Source: Deltaproteobacteria bacterium SM23_61 (GTDB taxonomy: Bacteria; Desulfobacterota; SM23-61). Taken from it: 60,017 nt of DNA. Of this stretch, positions 33,378-42,713 are shown one piece after another. Position 1 is the first letter of the stretch; each line of letters opens with the position of its first letter. The translations under genes were made by a program, and so were the position numbers. The notes under the pieces were generated by a model. It saw only the letters and a list, made by a program, of their open reading frames with translations, made no database searches and had not been told where the DNA came from. The DNA is taken from the NCBI GenBank assembly GCA_001304105.1, contig LJUR01000006.1, positions 1 through 60,017 of the forward strand. Direction: 5' to 3'.

Positions 33378-34713
33378 TCTCCCTGCTCAAAGGGCCTTAC
33401 CTTCATGCCCTCCTGAAGCTGACTGACCCCGCTCACCGCGATCTTTTCTCCGGGTTTAAGCCCCTCGCGGATCATGACGCTGTCCTTTCCCGTCAGATCC
33501 CCCGTCGACACCTTTCGACGATGGACCGTCATCGTCTCCGGCTTGATCACCCACACGTGAGAAGCTCCGGATTCATAGGCAAAAACAGCGATGGCCGGAA
33601 CGACAATTCGAGAGGAACTCACCAACTTCTCCTCCGCCACCACATTTCCTGTCATGCCCGGAAGGATGGTGATCTCTTTAGGCTGCTCCATCTCAAGGGT
33701 CACCCGGTAGGTCTGAGTTACCGGATCAGCCCGGGCCGCAACCTCTTTGACCCTCAGTGGGTATCGCTTTCCGGGAGCTGCCTCAAACTCCCCGTACACT
33801 TTCAACCTCCCCCCTCCCCGAGCCAGTGCCATATCACGTTCAGGCAGATCTCACGTTCAGGCAGATCGACGAGAATTTCCACGCGCATGACGTCATCGAG
33901 GCTGACGATGGCCTCCTTGCGGCGGACCTCTTGAAAGTTGTCGACATGTCGCTTGGAGATCATGCCCGAGAAAGGAGCTCTGAGGTAGGTGTAGCTGAGT
34001 CGCAGCTTTGCACCATCCACGGCAGCCTCCAGGGACCTGATCTCCGCCTCCTTGGCCTCGATATCTTCAGGCCGGGCACCCTGCTCGCCGATTTGGAGCT
34101 CCTCACGGGCCTTTGCAAGGTCCGCCTCAGCGGTCTTTTTCGCTTCGAAGGCTCGATCGATCATGCGTTGACTGACTGCTCCTGGGTCGGCAGCCTGGAT
34201 CCGCATCCACCGGTCGTACTCCTTGGTACCTAGGCGCAGGATCGCCTCTGCCTTCTCCACGTTAGCGGTGAGTCGCCGGATATCTTCCGGTCGAGCCTGA
34301 CGCATCGATTTGAGCGTTGCTCTCGCCGTCTCCAGCCGGGCTTGCTCATTGCGCAATGCAACCTCAAAATCTCTCGGGTCGACTCGCGCAACAAGATCTC
34401 CCTTGTTAACGCGTTTTCCCTCCTCGACGGGAAGCTCGATCAGTGGTCCATCAACCTGGAAAGCGAGATCAACCCTCTTCGAGGCCCTGACGGTACCCGG
34501 AAATCGACGCTGCACAGGATCCGCGGTCGTTGCCCCAACCTCCATGATCTTCACAGGCCTTACAACCTCTTCGGTAGCTTTGGGCTCTTCCTTTTTCCCG
34601 CAAGAGACGGTGAAGACCACAAGCGCACCAATCAGAAAGGTGCTGGCCAAGAAACCCCTGCGATTTGAATGAATCATTGCAATCATTTTCTTTGAATCCA
34701 TAGGCATCTCCAA
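33368..34713 (-). pseudogene. RND membrane-fusion (periplasmic adaptor) lipoprotein split by a 17-bp tandem duplication
   Basis: Track ORFs 33802..34713 (lipobox TVSCG, coiled-coil hairpin) and 33368..33832 (beta-barrel/MP domain). Removing one 17-bp copy gives the continuous reading ..VDLPERDMALARGGGRLKVYGEF.. Confidence 0.85.
33834..33867. repeat. Exact 2 x 17-bp tandem duplication
   Basis: TCACGTTCAGGCAGATC occurs at 33834-33850 and 33851-33867. Confidence 0.97.
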
Positions 34714-34816
34714 AGTCTAGACAGAACATGCTTGGTGCTCACCTGGGTTGCACACGCAGGCTAAAGCCTGCGGCTACCATCGAGCACGATGTTGCGCGTT
34801 AAGCGCCTCATGCCAT

Positions 34817-36619
34817 TCATCCCGAATGGGAGGACGCCACTTCTTCGATCTCCTTCCTGTACTTTTGATAGTCAGGAGAATCGGGCGCACTGTAATTGAA
34901 ATTTTTGTAGAGACCCATCAACCGAGTGAAGAAGTCTCTGGCCCCATCCTTATCCGTAAACCGGTATATCCTATCGATCAACTTCTTCAGAAGTTTGAAG
35001 CTCTCCGACTGCCTCTCTCTCGACATGGAGATATCCACCGCGTCGAAGGCATCCTGCTGCAGGTAGACCATGTCAAGCAGTGTCGCTTTCTGCCAGAGAA
35101 CATAGTCGTCCATGGTAATCCCTTCTTCTCCCGTCACCTGCATCATCTGGTAGATGGTGTCACCCCGATGGAGCAACTCCTGCAGACTCTGCACGTCGCT
35201 CACCCACTCACCGCCAAGGTTCTTGCCGAACCAGTCCCTGAGCTGGTCAAGATACCGGGACCAGGAAATCAGCGGGTCAATGGCCGGATAGAAACGCCGA
35301 TAGGCACGATCCGCGGAAAGGCCCAGGAACGTCTTGACGGTGCCCAGGGTGGCCTGAGTGACCGGTTCGTCGAAGTTCCCTCCTGCTGGCGAGACGGTGC
35401 CGATCAGGGTGAGGCTCCCGATCGATCCATCAGGACAGCGGATGACGCCAGCACGTTCGTAGATGGTCTTGATCGCCGAATCCAGGTATGCCGGGAAAGC
35501 CTCTTCACCGGGGATCTCCTCCATCCGACCGGAGGTCTCCCGCATGGCTTGAGCCCAGCGCGAGGTAGAATCGGCAATGACGAGAACGTTGTAACCCATC
35601 TGTCGATAGTATTCACCCAGGGTCACCCCTGTATAGATAGAGGATTCACGCGCAGCCACGGGCATCGACGAGGTGTTACAGATGATGATGGTCCGGTCCA
35701 TGAGCGAACCGCCCGTCCTGGGATCCGGGGTCTCGGGATACTCCGTGATCGTTTCAACCACCTCGCCTGCCCGCTCTCCACAGGCCACGATGATCACCAC
35801 GTCGACTGTGGAATAGCGTGCGATCAGACTTTGCAGCACCGTCTTCCCAGCACCGAAGGGGCCCGGGATGCAGGCCGTTCCACCCCGTGCGATGGGGAAA
35901 AAGGTGTCGATAATTCTCTGGGTCGTGGTGAGAGGCTCAACGGGAAAGAGGCGTTCTACGAGCCGCCGGCGGAGGAGGCCCTCTGGGATGGGCCTTCGCA
36001 CCGGCCAGCGTTGCCTCATGGTCAGCTCCCGTTCATTGCCACCGGAAGCGTGAATCCGTGCGATGGGGGCATCGATCTCAAAACTCCCTTCCCTGATCCA
36101 TGTGACCTCGACTTCACCCGGTTCGCTGAAAGGAACCATGATTTTGTGCTGGAACGGCCCTTCCGGAACACTCCCCAAGGGCTGCCCTGCCACAAGTTTG
36201 CTCCCGATGGAGACCGCGGGCGTAAAGGTCCATTTTTTATTTCGATCCATCGAGGGGGTATCGACCCCTCGGGGCAGGAAGAACCCGTGCTCCCGGGCAA
36301 TGACCGCCAGGGGATTTGCCAGACCGTCAAACACCTGGCCGAGAAGACCCGGGCCCAGGTCAACCGAGAGCAACTCATCCGTCAGCTCAACCTGGTCTCC
36401 CGAGCGAACGCCCTCCGTATCCTCGAACACCTGCATGTCGGCCGTGCGGCCATGGACACGAAGGACTTCTGCCTTGAGGCGTTCGTTGCCGACGCAGATG
36501 TAACCGACTTCGTTCTTCTTGATGGGCGTCTTCTCGTCCATTTCGACGGTGACGAGGCTCTCCTTTACTCCCACGACGGTGGCGGTCTTGAGTCCCTTTG
36601 ATTTATCGTTGTTGGCCAT
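34817..36619 (-). CDS. atpA: V-type ATPase catalytic subunit A
   Basis: 600 aa. Walker A GPFGAGKTVLQ, and the non-homologous insert typical of A subunits. Confidence 0.95.
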   Translation of the reverse strand: MANNDKSKGLKTATVVGVKESLVTVEMDEKTPIKKNEVGYICVGNERLKAEVLRVHGRTADMQVFEDTEGVRSGDQVELTDELLSVDLGPGLLGQVFDGLANPLAVIAREHGFFLPRGVDTPSMDRNKKWTFTPAVSIGSKLVAGQPLGSVPEGPFQHKIMVPFSEPGEVEVTWIREGSFEIDAPIARIHASGGNERELTMRQRWPVRRPIPEGLLRRRLVERLFPVEPLTTTQRIIDTFFPIARGGTACIPGPFGAGKTVLQSLIARYSTVDVVIIVACGERAGEVVETITEYPETPDPRTGGSLMDRTIIICNTSSMPVAARESSIYTGVTLGEYYRQMGYNVLVIADSTSRWAQAMRETSGRMEEIPGEEAFPAYLDSAIKTIYERAGVIRCPDGSIGSLTLIGTVSPAGGNFDEPVTQATLGTVKTFLGLSADRAYRRFYPAIDPLISWSRYLDQLRDWFGKNLGGEWVSDVQSLQELLHRGDTIYQMMQVTGEEGITMDDYVLWQKATLLDMVYLQQDAFDAVDISMSRERQSESFKLLKKLIDRIYRFTDKDGARDFFTRLMGLYKNFNYSAPDSPDYQKYRKEIEEVASSHSG

Positions 36620-37283
36620 CCATGACCTCCTTCATCAACTCCTGAAACTTTTTCTTGCCAGCTTCGCCATCGTGAGCAAGCCAGTTCTTCACGATGTCCC
36701 ACCGGAATACGTACGCGATCACGGCTTCAAATCCAAACAGATTCCGATCAGCCATCCGGCTGAGGCGCTGCCAGGAGGTGTTCATCAGGAGGCGCTCCAG
36801 ATGAACCGCCTCTCCGGATTCAACATAATTCCGTGCTTCAGAGATCCACGGGACGATCGAGCCAAGACGAAAATCGGGATCGTCCCAGTGTTCCTCGATC
36901 CAGCGAACCCAGCGGCCAGCACCCCATCTCTGCCCTCCTGACGGCAGGCCCATTTTGCTCCGCTTCCGCCTCAACGCAGCCATGACCGTCTGTTGATCCA
37001 TCCGGAATTCAATGAACTCTCGCAAAGCAGGATGGAGGGGCCGATCGATCACGGCGCGGTAATACCGATGCATCTCCTCGTCCGCCTTCGCCACGGGCCG
37101 CTGCGGCCTCCAGCCGATCAGCGCCTCAGCTGCGCTGAGCTGGCTGGCATCCTCGGCCTCAAGCATTCTCAGGCGCTGCTCGAGTCGGTACCGGGTGATG
37201 GGCAGCCGCTCCGCCCGCTCGAAGTGAGGCAATGGAGGCAAACTGCTCACCAGGGTATAGTACGTTTTCACGCCTGCCGTCAT
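36603..37283 (-). CDS. DUF2764-type V-ATPase accessory (subunit C-like) protein
   Basis: 226 aa. The YYTLVSSLPPL N-terminus matches the YYxLvagLPeL start that I recall for DUF2764. It sits between E and A as in 7-gene bacterial V-ATPase operons. Confidence 0.65.
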   Translation of the reverse strand: MTAGVKTYYTLVSSLPPLPHFERAERLPITRYRLEQRLRMLEAEDASQLSAAEALIGWRPQRPVAKADEEMHRYYRAVIDRPLHPALREFIEFRMDQQTVMAALRRKRSKMGLPSGGQRWGAGRWVRWIEEHWDDPDFRLGSIVPWISEARNYVESGEAVHLERLLMNTSWQRLSRMADRNLFGFEAVIAYVFRWDIVKNWLAHDGEAGKKKFQELMKEVMDGQQR

Positions 37284-37939
37284 TCGATGCCCTCGAGGAT
37301 CGCCCGGAAGCGTGGCAGTAACGATTGATAAAGCATGTGCGCGAGCGCCTTATCCGACAGATCGATTTCGAGTTGATCTTTGACCAAACGGACGCGCGCA
37401 CCTCCATGGACTTCGCCGCTCGGAATGAGTTGAATGCCTTCTCTCAGCATGTCGCTGGAGAGTGCCATGATCGTCTGTTTGCCACGCTCGCGGAGCTTAG
37501 GGTCGGACTGGCCGCTCAGGATGGCCTTATCAATTAAGATCTGAACCTCTCTGTCCTTGATGAACTCGTCGGCCACATGGCCGGCCAACACCAGAACCAG
37601 CGCTTTGATGAATTCCTCGTCATGGGTTGCGGAGGTGACCAGCCGTCTGACAAACACCTCGAACGAGGAAGCCACCTTGGATTTAAGTTGGAGCACCGTG
37701 TCGCGGGCCGAGAGCTTGAGCGCCTCGAGGGCTGCGGCGCGGTAAGCCTCGATGTCCGTCTGGGCTTTTTCGCGCATGGCCTGGCTTTCTGCTTTGGCAT
37801 CAGAAAGGATCTTGGCTGCTTCATCCCTGGCCTTTTGAAGTATCTTCTCTGCCTCTTGCCTCCCGGACTGAACGCCTTCGTCCCGAATCCTGCCAATGAG
37901 TTCCTGCACACCCGATGCTATCTTGGTTGATTCTGCCAT
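37280..37939 (-). CDS. atpE: V-type ATPase subunit E (peripheral stalk)
   Basis: 219 aa. It has a long charged N-terminal helix (EAEKILQKARDEAAKILSDAKAESQAMREKAQ) then a globular tail. ATGA overlap with the next gene. Confidence 0.8.
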   Translation of the reverse strand: MAESTKIASGVQELIGRIRDEGVQSGRQEAEKILQKARDEAAKILSDAKAESQAMREKAQTDIEAYRAAALEALKLSARDTVLQLKSKVASSFEVFVRRLVTSATHDEEFIKALVLVLAGHVADEFIKDREVQILIDKAILSGQSDPKLRERGKQTIMALSSDMLREGIQLIPSGEVHGGARVRLVKDQLEIDLSDKALAHMLYQSLLPRFRAILEGIE

Positions 37940-37949
37940 ATTTCCACCA

Positions 37950-38180
37950 CCTCTCGTCGTAGCAATTTAGCCATTTGATAAGAGACGCTAAATTGCATTG
38001 AAAAATGAAAATTGCCTGCCTGTCGGCAGACAGGCAAAATGAAAAATGTAAATTTAAAGGGAGAATACTTACCCATTTTGAGATTTGCAATTTGAATTTT
38101 GCATTTTGCATTCCTGCCTGCCGGCAGGCAGGGAAGTTTAGCCAATCTTTCAAAGGGCTGAACTGTTACCTCTCATTCTC
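37950..38180. repeat. Composite repeat block: TGCATTT/AATTTGCA words plus two CCTGCCTG-CGGCAGGCAGG palindromes
   Basis: GCCTGCCTGTCGGCAGACAGGC (~38015-38036) and the perfect 20-nt palindrome CCTGCCTGCCGGCAGGCAGG (~38114-38133), with GCAATTTGAATTTTGCATTTTGCATT between. Track ORFs here read PACRQAG from the palindrome. Confidence 0.8.
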
Positions 38181-38185
38181 AGGTT

Positions 38186-38632
38186 CTACTTGGGGATGCC
38201 GCCTGCCAGCACAAGGGCAAAGACGAAAGCGAAGACCGCAAAGCCTTCCACCAGCGCCGCAGGGGCCAGGGAAATTCCAAAGACCTCGGGCTTGCTTTTC
38301 GAGGCATTGATTGCCGCCGCACAGGCGCTTCCCTGGGCGAAGGCGCTCAACATCAAGGCCAGCCCGGCAAGAAGTCCGATGGCGAACATGCCTGGGGCAT
38401 TCGTCACCGTCACCTCACGGCGCAGCATGACCATGACCACGATGCCATAGATCGTTTGAGACGATGGCATCGCGGCGATGCCGACGAAACGGCCAAAGCC
38501 TCTTTCAACATCGAGCATGGCCCCGCATGCCGCCATGCCGGCACGCGAACAGCCCACCATGCTGCCAATGGCACCCAGCGCCAAGGGCGCATAAATGCCC
38601 ATCCATCCCAGTGTCAGTATCAATGCATCCAT
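38186..38632 (-). CDS. atpK: V-type ATPase proteolipid subunit K (4-TM)
   Basis: 148 aa in two hairpins, with the ion-binding Glu in the last helix (ALVEGFAVFAF). Confidence 0.9.
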   Translation of the reverse strand: MDALILTLGWMGIYAPLALGAIGSMVGCSRAGMAACGAMLDVERGFGRFVGIAAMPSSQTIYGIVVMVMLRREVTVTNAPGMFAIGLLAGLALMLSAFAQGSACAAAINASKSKPEVFGISLAPAALVEGFAVFAFVFALVLAGGIPK

Positions 38633-40404
38633 CCTTCATTCCCCTTTCTCTTAAATGGTTGATAGAGCCTGCCCTCTTCTTTAAGTCCCCAATTGAAGAA
38701 CTCGATCACGTTCAGGCGAAGCCCATGGATCACGCAACTTGAGAGGCCCAGCATGAAGTTCATGGCATGTCCAAGAACAAGGACCCCTAGGGCCAGGATC
38801 ACCCCCATCCTCGGAATCCCTGCGCGGATCTGTTCGGCCATCTCATTAAAAGAGACTGCCAGAGAGGCTGTGGCCAGCCCCAGGGCGAAAAGGCGGAGGT
38901 AGCTAAGGACATCGCCAAAAACGCTCGTGATTTTTGTCAAGCCGAGGAATCCCTGGATCAATCGTGAAAGCGGTTTCGCCCCCACACCCGTAAAAAGGAT
39001 GATGAGAAGTCCTCCCGCCACCATCACGATCGTCGCAAGCTGCCCGAGCCACCCGATCTTGAGTGACATGGCCGCTGCCAGCATAAGACCTCCAGCCACA
39101 ATGCATGCCCATCCGAGCGAGGGCAGGGCCTCGACACGCCTTCCGTACCGCCAGGCATCCATCACATTCCCTAACACCACGTGGATCACTCCGATGACGA
39201 CCGAAATCGCCATCATCAGGCTCGTATTCGACATGTCGATGAGCCGGAGATTCGCTAGGAGCGAACCTGGCGAAGGTGAGACTCCGAAGTAACTTCCCAC
39301 CATGATGCCATAAACGATGGAGGCGAGAACCAATGCCATTCCCAGAAAGCGGAAACGGAGGCCCACCTCTGAGCGTCCCAACTTCTTCCAGAACATCAGC
39401 AATCCCAGGCCGAGCAGGGCAGCGTAGCCAGCGTCAGACAGAATCATGGCAAAAAAGACTGCAAAGGAGATGAAGACCACCGAAGACGGGTCCCAGGTCC
39501 AATATCCCGGCGTCATATAGAACGTGACGAGGTCCTCACCGACTGCAAGAGAGGGCGGATTTCGGAACATCGTGGGTGGTTGATCGGATGGGCCCGGTTC
39601 CTCAGCTTCGAACATCACTCCCTGCTTCTCCGCGTAATCCCGGAGTTCTCCGACCTTTTCTTTGGGGGCCCACCCCTGTAAGGCAAAGACCGGGTCTTGG
39701 TCGAACGTTTGCGAAGCGGCTTCGATCCTTGCGGCCCTGTCCTCCAATTGACCGAGGCTTCGTGCAAAGAGGAAGCACCAACGGGTCAGGTAGGCGCGCT
39801 CGGCCTGTGCGTCTTCGATCGCCAATTCCACCTCTTCGAGTCGGTGCTCCAGCTCATGCCGAGGCTGGCTGCCCAAGTGGCTTCGTGGGACCGGCATTTC
39901 CGCGGGTTCTCTCTCGGAGACGACTGCGACGTAACAGTAGAGTTGATCACTCCGGACGACTTCCCAGGGGAAGGGGATGGCCTCCATTTTTTTCATCTCT
40001 TTGTGAGGGAACACGTAAAACCAAAGCCTCTGGCCGGCCATCTCTTCCACAGGGGGGAAAACAAAGTCTCCCCAGGGCTTCAGGTCCCCGATGCGTTTGG
40101 TCAGAGCGTCTCGCTCCTCTTCAAGGTCCTGCAAGCGGTGCTGAAGGTCGTGCACCTGACGTTCGACCCCGGCGGCATCGAACCGAACAGGATCTCTCAC
40201 CTGTCGTCTCCGTTGCGGGGAACCCAGCAGGAACTTCAATGCCTCACGCGCTCTCTGCGAGGGACCTTCCTGACTCACCCTTTCCCCCTCCGTGGTCAGA
40301 GGAATGAGCTCAAGACAGCCCCTGTCCTGCAAGTCGTCGAGCAGTTTTCCCTTGTCGTCCATCAGGCCGACGAAGGTGACCTTGTTTAATGCAATGATGC
40401 TCAT
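38620..40404 (-). CDS. atpI: V-type ATPase subunit I (a-subunit homologue)
   Basis: 594 aa. It has a cytoplasmic coiled N-half and a C-half with ~7 TM, including the conserved Arg region (SYLRLFALG). Confidence 0.9.
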   Translation of the reverse strand: MSIIALNKVTFVGLMDDKGKLLDDLQDRGCLELIPLTTEGERVSQEGPSQRAREALKFLLGSPQRRRQVRDPVRFDAAGVERQVHDLQHRLQDLEEERDALTKRIGDLKPWGDFVFPPVEEMAGQRLWFYVFPHKEMKKMEAIPFPWEVVRSDQLYCYVAVVSEREPAEMPVPRSHLGSQPRHELEHRLEEVELAIEDAQAERAYLTRWCFLFARSLGQLEDRAARIEAASQTFDQDPVFALQGWAPKEKVGELRDYAEKQGVMFEAEEPGPSDQPPTMFRNPPSLAVGEDLVTFYMTPGYWTWDPSSVVFISFAVFFAMILSDAGYAALLGLGLLMFWKKLGRSEVGLRFRFLGMALVLASIVYGIMVGSYFGVSPSPGSLLANLRLIDMSNTSLMMAISVVIGVIHVVLGNVMDAWRYGRRVEALPSLGWACIVAGGLMLAAAMSLKIGWLGQLATIVMVAGGLLIILFTGVGAKPLSRLIQGFLGLTKITSVFGDVLSYLRLFALGLATASLAVSFNEMAEQIRAGIPRMGVILALGVLVLGHAMNFMLGLSSCVIHGLRLNVIEFFNWGLKEEGRLYQPFKRKGNEGWMH

Positions 40405-41030
40405 GAGACCGTCTCTCCGGGAAAGGCCAGCTGTCGCTGCTCGGCCTGCTTCGCCTTGGCAATCTTTGATGTCACCACAGCCGCTCGGTCGGTATCGCCC
40501 AAGAAAATTTGAATGCGCTGGATATTTCTCTTGGTCGTCGGAATCAGAATCTTATCGAAAAGGTTGACTCGTTGCGTAATCCGGCGGGTCGCCTGCTCGA
40601 GTACTCGGACCCGCTCCCGCGCGATCTCAACCCGGATGCGCTCCTCAGCGGCCTCCTTCAACCGTTCCACCAATACATCGACCCAAGCCGGCGTCGCGAG
40701 TCGTGAATAGTCTGTCACCTCGAATTCCATCCGTTCGAGGACCGGGAGCCTGACCCCCACGATATTCTGCTCTCCTACCCTCAGGTCGGCCTTCTTGACC
40801 AAACCGGTGAGATCCATGTCCGGGCTCGCCAGCATGGGCAGCTCAGCGCCGATCTTCGTATCGAGTTCCTCCAAAGCTGCTTGAGCAGCGGCATGCTCCT
40901 GCCTTGCCTTTTGCGTTTCCACCGTGAGCTGTCGACGCTTCAGGTCGAGTGAAGGCAGCAATCGTCTGTAGAGCTTGAGGAGCTCGCGCTGTTTTTGCAG
41001 AGACTGTTTGCTCAGTTTCAACTTGGCCAT
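40401..41030 (-). CDS. atpD: V-type ATPase subunit D (central stalk)
   Basis: 209 aa. It has an N-terminal coiled-coil segment and C-terminal helices, with a D-subunit-like N-terminus LKLYRRLLPSLDLKRRQL. Confidence 0.88.
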   Translation of the reverse strand: MAKLKLSKQSLQKQRELLKLYRRLLPSLDLKRRQLTVETQKARQEHAAAQAALEELDTKIGAELPMLASPDMDLTGLVKKADLRVGEQNIVGVRLPVLERMEFEVTDYSRLATPAWVDVLVERLKEAAEERIRVEIARERVRVLEQATRRITQRVNLFDKILIPTTKRNIQRIQIFLGDTDRAAVVTSKIAKAKQAEQRQLAFPGETVS

Positions 41031-41069
41031 GGAGACCTCACTGTAATCTCTCAGTTATGTTCTGGCGCG

Positions 41070-41256
41070 CTAGGTCCAGTGGTGGCCTATTCCTTCCTCG
41101 CGTTTCCGTATGGCGATTTCATTTGACATGACTGCGCAAATCGTCGAAGCGAATTCCATAAGTGATTTCTAACCTCATGCGTCGCAAGCAGCTGTTCAGC
41201 AGGAAAAGGATTCGCCACTGAACCGCTCCGGGTGAATAGCCCACCCCTGGACCTCG
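41070..41256. repeat. Long-range inverted repeat in the atpB-atpD spacer
   Basis: CTAGGTCCAGTGGTGGCCTATTC (41070-41092) versus GAATAGCCCACCCCTGGACCTCG (41234-41256). 20 of 23 positions are complementary and the loop is ~140 nt. Confidence 0.7.
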
Positions 41257-41296
41257 GGTGTACTTGCGACCGTAACCGTATCTGAGGGATTATACC

Positions 41297-42637
41297 TCAC
41301 TCCTTTTTCGCCCCGGACTCCCCCTTGGGGAGGTACTTGTCGATGAGGGTCTGTTTCATGAGCAACTCCTGTGGTTCAAAGCATTCAGCCAGCGTCTTCC
41401 AGCAGAGATCAAGAGCCTCGAGGACAGGGATCGACACTCGAATGTCCATGAACCGCTCGCGAAAGAGGCGGCCGAATTTGAGACATTTTTGGTCGAAGGG
41501 AGACAGTTCAAAGGCCATGGCCTCCTTCTTCTCTGCCTCCTGAGCGTTCGCGTAGAAGCGAATCATCGTATTCATGATCTGACCGTGGTCCTCCCGCGTG
41601 GCTTTGCCGATGACTCGCTGCTTCAGCCTCGAGAGGGAACCGAAGGGATCGATGATCCCGTCGTGAAGATAGAACTGTCCCTCTGTGATGTACCCCGTGT
41701 TGTCAGGAACGGGATGGGTCACATCATTCCCGGGCATGGTGGTCACCGTGAGAATCGTCACGGAGCCGGCGCCTTTGAAGTCGCAGGCCTTTTCATAGCG
41801 CCTGGCAAGCTGCGTGTAAAGGTCCCCCAGGTAACCCCGAGTAGCCGGAACGCGTTCCAACGCAATCCCGATCTCTTTCATGGCATCTGCGTACGCCGTC
41901 ATGTCCGTCAGGAGGACCAGGACACGCTGGTTCTTCTCAACCGCAAACCGTTCGGCCACGGCGAGGGCCATATCCGGGACGAGCATGCGTTCCACAATTG
42001 GATCAGACGCCTGATTCACGAACATCACCGTCCGGTGAAAGATGCCGTGCTCCTCGAAGACCGTGCGGAAGAAATGGTAATCGTCAAAGATGAGACCCAG
42101 CCCCCCGAAGACCACGATGTCGGCGTCGGCCTGGAACCCGATGCGGGCGAGCAATTCATTGTAGGGCTCTCCGGCGACGGAGAAGATGGGGATCTTTTGG
42201 CTTTCGACCAGGCAGTTGAAGAGATCGATCATGGGCACGTTGGTCTGAATCATTTTTGAGGCCAGGATCCGCATCATCGGGTTGACGGTTGGTCCGCCCG
42301 CCTTGATCTTTGGGTCTCCTGTGAGGTCCGGGCCTCCGTCGATAGGCTCACCCGATCCCCTGAATATCCGACCCAAGATGTTTTCAGAATAGGTGACGTC
42401 GAGGGGGCGGTTGAGAAATTGGACGGTCGCATCCGTTGATAACCCTTTTCCTCCCGCAAAGACCTGGAGGCTGACGATGTCGCGGTTGAGCTCAACCACG
42501 CGTGCAATCGAGGTCTCGCCATCGACGTTCTCCACGAGAGCGACATCTCCAAAGGCGACATCTTTCGCCCTGACCCGGATCGTGTCGCCCACAATTTCAA
42601 GCAACTGAGTGTGGCGTAGCATCTGTTCAAACATCAC
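41297..42637 (-). CDS. atpB: V-type ATPase subunit B
   Basis: 446 aa. It is B-subunit-like throughout (RIFRGSGEPIDGGP, ERVPATRGYLGDLYT) and lacks a canonical P-loop Lys context. Confidence 0.93.
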   Translation of the reverse strand: MMFEQMLRHTQLLEIVGDTIRVRAKDVAFGDVALVENVDGETSIARVVELNRDIVSLQVFAGGKGLSTDATVQFLNRPLDVTYSENILGRIFRGSGEPIDGGPDLTGDPKIKAGGPTVNPMMRILASKMIQTNVPMIDLFNCLVESQKIPIFSVAGEPYNELLARIGFQADADIVVFGGLGLIFDDYHFFRTVFEEHGIFHRTVMFVNQASDPIVERMLVPDMALAVAERFAVEKNQRVLVLLTDMTAYADAMKEIGIALERVPATRGYLGDLYTQLARRYEKACDFKGAGSVTILTVTTMPGNDVTHPVPDNTGYITEGQFYLHDGIIDPFGSLSRLKQRVIGKATREDHGQIMNTMIRFYANAQEAEKKEAMAFELSPFDQKCLKFGRLFRERFMDIRVSIPVLEALDLCWKTLAECFEPQELLMKQTLIDKYLPKGESGAKKE

Positions 42638-42713
42638 GACGACTCCTTTTCGTGTGTTACAAATTCGAATATCCGGCCTTACCCTTTACGAAACAAAATT
42701 TGGACTCCTAAGA

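Noticed and set aside
34748-36601. 617-aa plus-strand ORF, the longest plus-strand ORF in the window.
   Set aside because: It lies exactly antisense to the V-ATPase A subunit gene, whose product has unmistakable motifs. Its translation is Arg/Gly/Pro-rich with no motifs. It is a typical shadow ORF in GC-rich DNA.
37821-38310. ORFs of 75-110 aa reading ..PACRQAG.., ..KFKLQI...
   Set aside because: They are read entirely from the palindrome and word repeats between atpK and atpE. The amino-acid repeats mirror the DNA repeats, and there is no RBS.
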